64,000 nt of DNA. Source: an uncultured Poribacteria bacterium. GTDB lineage: Bacteria > Poribacteria > WGA-4E > WGA-3G. The notes under the pieces are model-generated. The model was not told the DNA's origin, did no database searches, and worked only from the letters and a program-made list of their open reading frames with translations. Of this stretch, positions 39,742-49,300 are shown piece after piece. Location: positions 512,001-576,000 of the forward strand of contig OX638351.1 in the NCBI GenBank assembly GCA_951813565.1, in the 5' to 3' direction. The position numbers and the translations under genes are program-made. Each line of letters begins with the position of its first letter. Positions within the stretch are counted from its first letter, which is position 1.

Positions 39742-40051
39742 TGACGCTTAATAATCGTTTTGTGGAGAATTCTCTCAAAACACCCCTTAATTGATGGAGG
39801 GAATCTGATTTCTGCCAATCAACAATCTCAAATTTAGTGGGCAGAGACGTATGATTACCCAAAGGAGTTTAACCAACTTACATTGGAGTTTCACAAACTA
39901 TAACGGATATGTGTGCTTTCCGTTTACATACTCCATAGATTCAATCCATTTTTAAGGTTTCGGAGTTTGAGCATTTAACGCAGCAGTTGCTTGTTTAAGT
40001 TAAATTGTTTAATATCCGAAATAATTTTTTCCTAAGGAGGAATATTAACTA

Positions 40052-43000
40052 ATGAACAAGTTAAAACGATTGACTAATGTTTTGCTTGTAGCGACTTGCA
40101 TCCTAAGTGGATTTGTGCTTTACGGTTGCGGAGCACAGAGCCTTGGACCGCAAGAACCTCTCTTGCCTACTATTGAGGGAGACTCAAAATTCTCAGATCG
40201 ATTCCAATTAGAAGAAGAACCACAGTTCTTCTACGATCTGTTTGGTAAAGAACTATTGGAAGGTAGCGAAGTTTATAACTACCGCGAGCGCAAGGCGTTC
40301 AATCAGAACGGTGAATTGGTTGTCGGATGGACAGGCCAGCTTGATAGTGAACGTTTCTCTGCTCAGTTGGACCGTACCATCTTGACTGAAGATGCCTATC
40401 TGGGTAGATATAATGAGTTTGCAATTGGCGACCATATGCGTCTCAAACCTTCTACTTTGTTCCCAAATCGATATATCGTCTACAAAACCGAATTTGACGG
40501 ATTTCGATGGGATATTTCTTTTGCCCAAGAACGACATCTCTTTACCCTTATCAACTCCCGTATTTCTAACCCTGTTCAATTAAATGATAATGCAGCGAAC
40601 CTGGCACCGACGCTTGGACGTCGCAACGGCTTAAACGACGATGCTGGGGTCCGCCATATTGAAAACGCACGTCTTGTCGGTTTTAGAGGACAAGGGCTTT
40701 TAGGGGACATCTTCCGTGTCGGGTTTACTTATGTGAACTTGCATAAAGAACACCCTGAACGTGTTGAAAACCCATTGATGGGAACCGTCGCCAATACACC
40801 ACCAGAAAGCATTACAGTTGTTTTCCGGGATGACTCCCCCGAAGACAACCACGTCGCACAAATTACTGACTTTGATGGGTATGATCCAAACCTACATGGT
40901 GAAAATATCCAAGGTGGTGTCGGTGCTGCTTTCAAAATGATGGTCATCAACATTATCACACAAGAACTTGAAGATGTATCCGTTGAAGAGTTAGAAGAAG
41001 GATATGAACCCAGTTTGCAACCTGAACAGTCGCAGCAGATTGAGGTCTTTATTGACGATATAACTCCTGTTGACGCTGCTGTTGATGAGGTGCGTGATTC
41101 CGTTGATGGAGAATGGAAGATCGTTGATGGTTTCAACAAGATGAGGTATGACCTCGTGTTTGCTGACCACGATATTGACCCTCGGACAGTAAAATCTGTT
41201 GATTTTGAGATGGTTGTTGCGGGTGACTATAATATTGCTGTAGTCGGTTTTAGTGAAGCGAACATGGCTGAGTCAGACCCTGAAATTCAGGAATGGATTA
41301 AAACTGAAGACGGTCATATTCAAATGCCGTATCGTGACATTATTGAGGCACCCGGAAACTACGGGCAATCTCCTGATTATACCGATAACCGAGAAAACCT
41401 TGTAGATAATCCCAGCGCATGGGAAGGTGAAGGAAGGCCTCGGAAAATCCGCTACCGTTATGGTGCAGCACGGGCTGCGGTTCTCTATGGACTTGATCTT
41501 GAAGGAACCGTTGGAAATGTCTTTGTCAGGGCACATTATTCTATTAACGGCAAATACAAACAGTACCCCACGATTCCTAAAGATAAGGTTGGATTTAGTA
41601 GGGTCACCGCAAATATTGAAACTGAAGACGGTGAAGAACCGACAGGTATCCAAATTGATCCCGCCACTCAACTTGCAGTTGACGCAAACGGTATACCCAC
41701 CTACTCAGAAACTGAGGGTGAACGTTTTGAAGCACTGCTCGGTGGAGATGGCACAGATGAAGGTGGTGATGGAGAACTTGGTAGAGAAACCGCATGGTTC
41801 GTCCAACTCAAATCACGTTTTGGAAAACTCTATCTTGAAGGTGTCTTATACCACATTGATCCTGGTTACACGACCACTTATCTGAACTTCGGTTCTAACA
41901 GCGACCGTGACCAACCGTACGCACTTCCTCGGACACAAGAATCTGCAAATGAACGCGATCCGTGGGATATAGAAAATTACGCACTTGTTGAAGACGATGA
42001 CGATGACGATGATTGGCCCGATGATGACGACTTTGACGGGGTGCTCCCGCGCGCTGATGACCGTGATCAGAATGGGATTTTAGACTTCCAAGAAGATTTT
42101 CTCATCTTTGAAGCTGATCCTCCTGTCTTTACTGACCTGATTGACTTGAATAATAACGGGACCATCGATTCGCTGGAGGATGATTTTGAACCACAATACG
42201 AATATGGTATTGACCGTGATGGCTATCATCTCAAAGCAGAATACGACTTACTTGATAATCTCTCCCTTCAAGTCGGATGGTTGAACGAAAGTGAAATCTC
42301 AAGTAGACGAAAAAATGATTCCAAATATCTACATGTAACTTATCAACGTGACATCCCTGATTTTGGAACTATTCTCTTCCAGAACCGATTCGTCCGAGTC
42401 CGAGACGATATCCCTGATTACACTATCACCCTTCGTGTCGGTGAATTGGAACCTGAACAAATTACTGACGAACTTGATTACTATAACGCTCGCGTAAATA
42501 CGACAACGCTTCAGTTCCTTTATACTGCTGTGCCTAACCTCACATTAGAAGCTAAGCTTCTCGTTGTTTTGCAGAAACAATTTGAACTGGATGCAGAGGA
42601 AGCTGTCTTCTTAGATGTTGAGTTTGACGAGGCTGCAGATTTGTTTGAACCGGATGAACGCGTTGACTTCATGGTGCCCGACGAACAAGTTCGCACAAGT
42701 GGTCAAAAACGGGAATATCCGTTCTATCCTGACCATGGAATTAACGCACTTGACGCAGCTGATACCGGCCTGATCTACGATACCGATAACTGGAAAACAC
42801 GGCGTTATCCCGAACGGAATATACGTAGTCAGCAGACGATTTTAAAGGCAAGATATGAAATCCCACTCGGAGACTTTCCTGTAATTGAAAGAATCGGTGA
42901 AGATTTCACGTTGACGCCTATGGTTAAGTATATTTGGGATCGCGCCTTTGACAGAAGTGCTGAAGAAATTGGGGACGCACTGAACTCGCGTTTCTTCGTT

Positions 43001-43366
43001 CCTACTGATGATGAACCGGTGGAATACTTACGATTCAATCGCCGAAGTCGTGAAGACATTCTCGGTGTACGCCTTGACTATCAGTTCACACCAAGTATGA
43101 ACATTCTCGGTGGGTTCCAATATAGGAAGTTTACTAATCGAGACAATAACTTCAGAAACTATCTCGCCATTTTCCCGGCAGATGAAGCTGTCCCAATTCT
43201 TTACCGGCCAGATATACGAACCCGAATTTTTGAAATCCAAGCCATCAACCAAGGTGAATGGCTCGGTTTCAATATCGTTATTTTAGCGGGTTACCGTAGA
43301 ACAACCATCTTGCTCCAAAATACAACAAGTAACACTACGTTTGTTCGAGCAATGATGGGATTCTAA
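40052..43366 (+). CDS. Large acidic lipoprotein / probable outer-membrane beta-barrel, function unknown
   Basis: Lipobox LYGC; DxDxNG-type loops; alternating beta-strand patterns; terminal Phe (AMMGF). Confidence 0.75.
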   Translation: MNKLKRLTNVLLVATCILSGFVLYGCGAQSLGPQEPLLPTIEGDSKFSDRFQLEEEPQFFYDLFGKELLEGSEVYNYRERKAFNQNGELVVGWTGQLDSERFSAQLDRTILTEDAYLGRYNEFAIGDHMRLKPSTLFPNRYIVYKTEFDGFRWDISFAQERHLFTLINSRISNPVQLNDNAANLAPTLGRRNGLNDDAGVRHIENARLVGFRGQGLLGDIFRVGFTYVNLHKEHPERVENPLMGTVANTPPESITVVFRDDSPEDNHVAQITDFDGYDPNLHGENIQGGVGAAFKMMVINIITQELEDVSVEELEEGYEPSLQPEQSQQIEVFIDDITPVDAAVDEVRDSVDGEWKIVDGFNKMRYDLVFADHDIDPRTVKSVDFEMVVAGDYNIAVVGFSEANMAESDPEIQEWIKTEDGHIQMPYRDIIEAPGNYGQSPDYTDNRENLVDNPSAWEGEGRPRKIRYRYGAARAAVLYGLDLEGTVGNVFVRAHYSINGKYKQYPTIPKDKVGFSRVTANIETEDGEEPTGIQIDPATQLAVDANGIPTYSETEGERFEALLGGDGTDEGGDGELGRETAWFVQLKSRFGKLYLEGVLYHIDPGYTTTYLNFGSNSDRDQPYALPRTQESANERDPWDIENYALVEDDDDDDDWPDDDDFDGVLPRADDRDQNGILDFQEDFLIFEADPPVFTDLIDLNNNGTIDSLEDDFEPQYEYGIDRDGYHLKAEYDLLDNLSLQVGWLNESEISSRRKNDSKYLHVTYQRDIPDFGTILFQNRFVRVRDDIPDYTITLRVGELEPEQITDELDYYNARVNTTTLQFLYTAVPNLTLEAKLLVVLQKQFELDAEEAVFLDVEFDEAADLFEPDERVDFMVPDEQVRTSGQKREYPFYPDHGINALDAADTGLIYDTDNWKTRRYPERNIRSQQTILKARYEIPLGDFPVIERIGEDFTLTPMVKYIWDRAFDRSAEEIGDALNSRFFVPTDDEPVEYLRFNRRSREDILGVRLDYQFTPSMNILGGFQYRKFTNRDNNFRNYLAIFPADEAVPILYRPDIRTRIFEIQAINQGEWLGFNIVILAGYRRTTILLQNTTSNTTFVRAMMGF

Positions 43367-43620
43367 GTTCATTAGTATTTTTTTGTTGGGCGCGAAGATA
43401 TCGCGTCCAGCAAACTTTACTATGGAATAACTTATTGATATCTTTTATGTTGATTGCCAACAAAAGCGCGACTTCTTAGGTACTCATGTGTTAATGATTC
43501 AGATATTGGCTTATAAACCGTAGCACGTTTTTGACACGTGCCTTCTACATATTAGATCGTACTTCATAGAGATAGAAAACTATTGCCGAATCGGCTATTA
43601 CTAAAGGAGAATCAGAACGA

Positions 43621-44676
43621 ATGACCCGTTTAAGTTTAATTTTAATGTTTATTGCCTGCATGTTGATGTCTGTCAACATTGTTATGGCACAAGAAGAAGA
43701 AGCAGTGGAAGCTCCCAGCGTTGATGTTTCCGATGCCCAAGAAGCAGAAACTATGGATAGTGGGGCGACAATTAAAGGTGAAGTTATTGATACTAGCGCC
43801 GAACAGACCCCAATTGAGGGCGTGAGCGTTAGAATCGTTAATAGTAGCGACGGTCAAGAGCATATAGTGACAACAGATAAAGACGGAGCTTACGAAAAAA
43901 CCGGTCTCCCCGCTGGACGTTACACGATTAGCGTTACCAAAGAAGGTTATGGTGATCGTGTTGGGAAATCGAAAGTAGTTGCTCCTGGAGGCGAGATATT
44001 TGACCGAATCAAAATGAGAGAAAAAGATACTATCGTTTCTTTTTTTCAGAAATTTGGGTTCGTTTTCTATCCACTTGCCATTTGCTCTATTGTGGCATTA
44101 ACATTCATTATTGAAAGGCTTTTCACGTTTGTACGAAGCCGCTCACGAATTGGAACAGAACAGTTCATAGCAAGTATTGCGGATTCACTGAGGAAAGAGA
44201 ACATTATGGAAGCTGTTTCAACTTGTGAAGAAGCTGGCGGTCCTCTCGCTAATGTGCTAAAAGCTGGGCTGCTCAGATATAGTCAAGCACAGATTGAAGA
44301 ACGCGATATTACCAAAGAAGAAATTCAGGAAGCTATTGAAGAAGCCAGCCTCCTTGAAATCCCAGAATTAGAAAGAAACCTGCCCGTACTGGGAACAGTC
44401 GCAGTGGTTTCACCGCTGTTCGGTCTGCTTGGAACTGTTACGGGTATGATTACCGCGTTTACCACTATCGCCCTTGAAGGTACTGGTGATCCGCAACAAC
44501 TCGCAGGCGGTATCTCACAGGCACTTCTAACGACTGCTGGTGGCTTAACAATTGCTATTCCTTGTCTCATTTTCTTCCAACTCTTTGATAGCTGGGTCAA
44601 TAGACATATGGTTGAAATTTCACAGGTCTCTACAGAAATTGTTAACCAGTTGATTGTAGGTGAAGCAAACGCTTAA
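43621..44676 (+). CDS. exbB: MotA/TolQ/ExbB proton channel fused to an N-terminal carboxypeptidase-regulatory-like domain
   Basis: Signal peptide; IKGEVID...PIEGVSV...GLPAGRYTISVTKEGY; SPLFGLLGTVTGMI...GISQALLTTAGGL. Confidence 0.85.
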   Translation: MTRLSLILMFIACMLMSVNIVMAQEEEAVEAPSVDVSDAQEAETMDSGATIKGEVIDTSAEQTPIEGVSVRIVNSSDGQEHIVTTDKDGAYEKTGLPAGRYTISVTKEGYGDRVGKSKVVAPGGEIFDRIKMREKDTIVSFFQKFGFVFYPLAICSIVALTFIIERLFTFVRSRSRIGTEQFIASIADSLRKENIMEAVSTCEEAGGPLANVLKAGLLRYSQAQIEERDITKEEIQEAIEEASLLEIPELERNLPVLGTVAVVSPLFGLLGTVTGMITAFTTIALEGTGDPQQLAGGISQALLTTAGGLTIAIPCLIFFQLFDSWVNRHMVEISQVSTEIVNQLIVGEANA

Positions 44677-44731
44677 TCACGTATAGGGCGGGTATTCAAC
44701 TCGCCCTAATTCTACATAATGGAGAATTGAA

Positions 44732-45181
44732 ATGCAACAACTCGGTGAAGCCAAATTGAGTTTGATGGCAACGCGAATACGAGAACGTAAACCGCCAACT
44801 CTCAGTATGGCACCTATGATTGATTGTGTATTCCTGCTTCTGATTTTTTTCATGGTGTCAACAACTTTTACGCCAATGCCGGGAATCCGTGTACAACTTC
44901 CGCCTCCCGGTGAACCTTCAAAAGAAAAACCTAAAGGGCTTGTTGTCAAAATTGATAACCCTGCTGTCAGCGATAAAGCTGGTACAATGCTTTTGAATGG
45001 CGCAGTTGTACAGTTTGAGGAAATGTTTTCACTGCTTCTCAATGCACCTCAAGAACAAAAAACGATGCTTATTATCCAATCCGGACGTGAAGTTCTACAT
45101 GAACAGATTGTCACCGTAATGGATACGGCGAAAGAAGCGGGTATTGATAAAATTGGGTTTGCTATTACCGCGCGAGAATGA
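44732..45181 (+). CDS. exbD: ExbD/TolR family protein
   Basis: MAPMIDCVFLLLIFFMV; VMD.AKEAGI.KI. Confidence 0.9.
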   Translation: MQQLGEAKLSLMATRIRERKPPTLSMAPMIDCVFLLLIFFMVSTTFTPMPGIRVQLPPPGEPSKEKPKGLVVKIDNPAVSDKAGTMLLNGAVVQFEEMFSLLLNAPQEQKTMLIIQSGREVLHEQIVTVMDTAKEAGIDKIGFAITARE

Positions 45182-45228
45182 CGCGCCTAATCTAAAGACA
45201 GTTCTAATCGGACTGGAAGGAGAATGGC

Positions 45229-45654
45229 ATGGCTCTCCAAATGGGACGTAGACGTAACACTTCAAATGACGATGATATCCCGATGGCACCTATGATTGAT
45301 TGTGTATTTTTGTTACTCATTTTTTTCATGGTTTCTGCCATTATGCGGGTCCCTCCACCTTTTAGTGTAACGTTACCAGATTCCACAACAGAACACGAAT
45401 TTCCGAGAAAAAAATATAACTTGTTTATTAGCAGTGATGGCCGAATTGCTATTGATGATCGTGAAATGCAAACTTTGGAAGAAGTAGGGCTGTTTATAGC
45501 TGCCCATGAACACCAAATTAGCACCTTAATCATTAAAGCAGATAAACGTGCAAAACACGGACGGGTCATTGACGTGGTAGAACGAGCAAAAATGCGATCA
45601 GCCAAAGTTGAAGGACTTGAAGTCGCTTTTGCCGTTGCTGAAGACGACAGATAA
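45229..45654 (+). CDS. exbD: ExbD/TolR family protein (second copy)
   Basis: MAPMIDCVFLLLIFFMV; IKADKRAKHGRV. Confidence 0.9.
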   Translation: MALQMGRRRNTSNDDDIPMAPMIDCVFLLLIFFMVSAIMRVPPPFSVTLPDSTTEHEFPRKKYNLFISSDGRIAIDDREMQTLEEVGLFIAAHEHQISTLIIKADKRAKHGRVIDVVERAKMRSAKVEGLEVAFAVAEDDR

Positions 45655-45813
45655 ATGAACAAGCAACATGGAACGGGTAAACTCAGCCAAAGCTGAAAGA
45701 CTAAAGTTGCTCTTGCTGGGTAGATCTTCATTGCCTCGTCCCCTCAAGAAAGACAACAATTGCTGTCTTTAATCCTATTCCTCATTTCTTAGAATATCTT
45801 GACTTGTGTTAAT

Positions 45814-45861
45814 CGCGTAGAAAGCCACTAATTGAAAATTCAATTAGTGGCTTTCTACGCG
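45814..45861. repeat. Perfect 23-bp-stem hairpin (possible terminator or REP-like element)
   Basis: cgcgtagaaagccactaattgaa aa ttcaattagtggctttctacgcg. Confidence 0.6.
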
Positions 45862-45929
45862 TTAGGAACTTTGATGGATACCCATAAATTAAGAACTTGC
45901 TGTATATTCACACGGAAAGGATATAACCG

Positions 45930-46265
45930 ATGAAGAACCGCTTTTTTCTAATAATTATCGGTGTTCTTGCGATTTGGATCGTGGCTGCGTTATTAGTATT
46001 GTTAATTTATCAACCGAAGGTGGAATTTGTTATAAAAATCTCTAATCCGGAAATTGGTGAATCTGAAGGCGCTATGACATTAAATGATATGCGGATCCAG
46101 TTTGATGAGATGCTCAACCGATTCGACAAGAGACCAGACAATGTTAAAACCGTGCTCATTATTCATGCTGATAGTGAGGTGAATCAACAGCAAATTGTCC
46201 GTATAATGGATATTGCTATGCAGGCAGGAATAAAAAAAATAGGGATTACTGTGGGAAGCAGGTAA
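45930..46265 (+). CDS. ExbD-like protein lacking the conserved TM Asp
   Basis: Periplasmic domain similar to 44732 (IIHAD...IVRIMD.A.QAGIKKI); N-terminal TM unrelated. Confidence 0.75.
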   Translation: MKNRFFLIIIGVLAIWIVAALLVLLIYQPKVEFVIKISNPEIGESEGAMTLNDMRIQFDEMLNRFDKRPDNVKTVLIIHADSEVNQQQIVRIMDIAMQAGIKKIGITVGSR

Positions 46266-46279
46266 TTTCACTATAAAAT

Positions 46280-46309
46280 AGAATTAGGCGGCAGACGCTG
46301 CCTAATTCT
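46280..46309. terminator. Hairpin between the convergent exbD-like gene and gltB
   Basis: agaattaggcggc...gctgcctaattct. Confidence 0.5.
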
Positions 46310-46319
46310 GGCAAAGTAA

Positions 46320-49300
46320 TCAGCCCTGTTTTTTCTTGGGAGTCCTCTTGCGGACCCGTCGAGTCTGTACGGGTGGCGGTGGAGGCGGTGGTGTAACAAC
46401 CTTCCAGAAAAGCGGTAAGAACGTATCCCAGTTTGCGAGAATTTTCTCTGCTCGTTGACTTTCCGTTAACTCAAGATGCTTTTGTATCAAACCGACCAAC
46501 GTATCTTCGTCTACTTTTTCGGTAATACGTTTTAACGTAATAAGTTGTGGATTGATTTTCTCTCCAAACTGTTGGTTTTCGTCAAGCACGTAGGCATTTC
46601 CACCTGTCATGCCTGCCCCAAAGTTTCGTCCTGTTTCTCCCAAAATTACAACGGTGCCGCCTGTCATATATTCACATCCGTGGTCACCAACACTTTCTAC
46701 AACAGCAGTTGCGCCGCTGTTCCGAACGCAGAAACGTTCACCTGCTCTACCTGCAGCATACAAGACACCGCTTGTGGCACCATACAGTACAGTATTACCA
46801 ATGATAGTATTTTCATGTGTCTCAAAACGAGAATTAGGTGAAGGTTTGATAACCAGTTCACCGCCTGCCATGCCTTTTCCAACATAGTCATTCGCTTCAC
46901 CAGTTAGGATAAGCTGGATACCGCTGATACAGAACGCCCCAAAACTTTGTCCGGCACTTCCTGTGAAGTAGCATCGAATAGTCTCTTTAGGTAAAGGTGT
47001 GTCACCATATCGGAATGCGATTTCACCAGATAACTTAGCACCGACCGTGCGATGCGTATTACGGATCGGGTACGACAGTTGAATTGGTTCTTTTTTCGCA
47101 ATCGCTACTTCGGCATCTTGCAAAATCTGGTCGTCCAAGGGCGTGTCAACACGATCATTCCGTTCCTGTAAATGATAGCGCGGACTTTTTCCCGTTGGAT
47201 CAGCTGACGCGAGAATCTCAGCAAGATCAAGTGTTGCTGCCTTCGGATAATCAACTAAGTCAGCAAGTTCTAACAAGTCTGGGCGACCAATAATATCGTT
47301 TAGACAGCGATGACCAAGATTCGCAAGGATTGCTCGCACCTCATTTGCCACGCCAAGGATGAAGTTAACAACCATTTCAGGTGTGCCTGGGTACTTTGCT
47401 CGAAGTGCTGGGTCTTGCGTAGCAACGCCGACAGGACAAGTATTCAAATGACACTGCCGTGCCATTACACATCCTGTAGCAACCATTGCTGTTGTGCCGA
47501 AACCGTATTCTTCTGCTCCTAACATAGCCGCAATGACGATATCACGTCCTGACCGCATACCCCCATCAACTCGTAATACAACGCGATCACGCAATTCGTT
47601 TTCAACAAGTCGATGCTGTGTTTCCGCGAGTCCAAGTTCCCACGGCGTTCCAGCGTTTTTGATGGAGCTAAGTGGAGACGCACCAGTCCCGCCTTCATGC
47701 CCACTTATTTGGATCACATCTGCGTATCCTTTTGCGACACCTGATGCGATAGTGCCAATCAAAAACTCAGATACTAACTTTACAGCGACTTTTGCTCGCG
47801 GGTTAACCTGTTTTAGATCATAAATTAATTGCGCGAGGTCTTCAATTGAATAGATGTCGTGATGTGGCGGTGGTGAAATTAAGGGAACCCCTGGAATTGA
47901 GTGGCGGATCTTTGCAATTTCCAATGTTACTTTGTGTCCGGGAATTTGCCCACCTTCTCCAGGTTTTGAACCTTGCGCCATCTTAATCTCTAATTCCCGT
48001 GCGGAGGCAAGATACTGCGGTGTTACGCCAAAACGGCCGGAGGCAACCTGTTTGAGCGCGCTTGATGCAAGATCACCATTCGGTTGCCTTTCAAAACGCC
48101 CACTATCTTCACCGCCTTCACCGCTTCCTGATTTGGCGCCGAGGCGGTTCATCGCAATCGCTAAGGTCTCATGTGTTTCACGGCTCAACGCACCAAAAGA
48201 CATGCTTCCTGTGGTAAAGCGGCGAACGATATCCTCTGCAGGTTCTACCTCTTCAATGGGAATGGGATTACTCGGCTTGAAAGCGAGTAAATCGCGTAAA
48301 CTGGAAGGTTCACCCTCCTCAACTGCTTCAGCGTATTCGGTATAATCTTCAGCTTCACCGCTTTTGACAAACTTGTGCAGTGCCTTGAACACAGTTGGGT
48401 TAAAAGCATGAAATTCACCATTTCTGCGAAATCGGAAATAACCTGCTTCTTGTAAAATCTTTCTTTCGTCAGTCGCGCCAAAAGCTTTTGTGTGAAAATG
48501 GAGGGTTTCTGCGGCGATGTGTTCAAAACCGATACCGCTTAACCTTGATGGGGTGCCAGTAAAACATCTGTCAATAACCGATGCATTGATACCGATAGCC
48601 TCAAAAATCTGTGCCCCTCGATAACTTGACACTGTTGATATACCCATCTTCGCCATAATTTTCAAAATGCCTTTTTCAACTGCTTCCTTGTAGTTAGTAA
48701 TCGCTTGTTCAGTTGAGAGTTCCTCAAATTCATCGTTCTCAGCAAGTCGAACAATTGTTGAAAAAGCGAGGTAAGGATTGATAGCATCAGCCCCATATCC
48801 GAGTAGCACAGCGTAATGGTGTTCTTCACGCGGATCGCCTGCTTCAACAATCAGACTGACTTGTCTGCGTTTGCCTTCACGGATCAAATAGTGATGTACA
48901 GCACCAACCGCGAGTAGCATCGGTATCGGGACAAATTCGGCATTGACGTCCTTATCACTCAAAACCAGAAGTGTATTACCTGAATTTACTGCATCCAAAA
49001 CTTTTTCGCATAACGTGTCTAAAGCACTTTCTAATCCCCGTGTCCCAGAAGCAACAGGGAAACAGACAGGTATAGTAGCGTGTTTGAACTCAGGCAAACT
49101 TTGTGCCTTCAAAGCCTCCAGTTCTTCATTTGTCAATATGGGTGAAGTTAAGCGGATTACGTGGGCATGTTTCTCAGTCTCTGTAAGCAGACTATGTCGT
49201 TTTCCCAGATAAGTTGTCAAAGACATTACCAACCTTTCTCTGAGTGAATCAATTGGGGGGTTGGTAACTTGTGCAAAAAGTTGTTTAAAATAGTGGTAAA

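Noticed and set aside
41990..42040. GAC/GAT run as a DNA-level microsatellite
   Set aside because: Explained by an in-frame Asp-rich protein segment
44677..45731. Minus-strand ORFs of 121 and 175 aa
   Set aside because: Antisense to clear exbD genes
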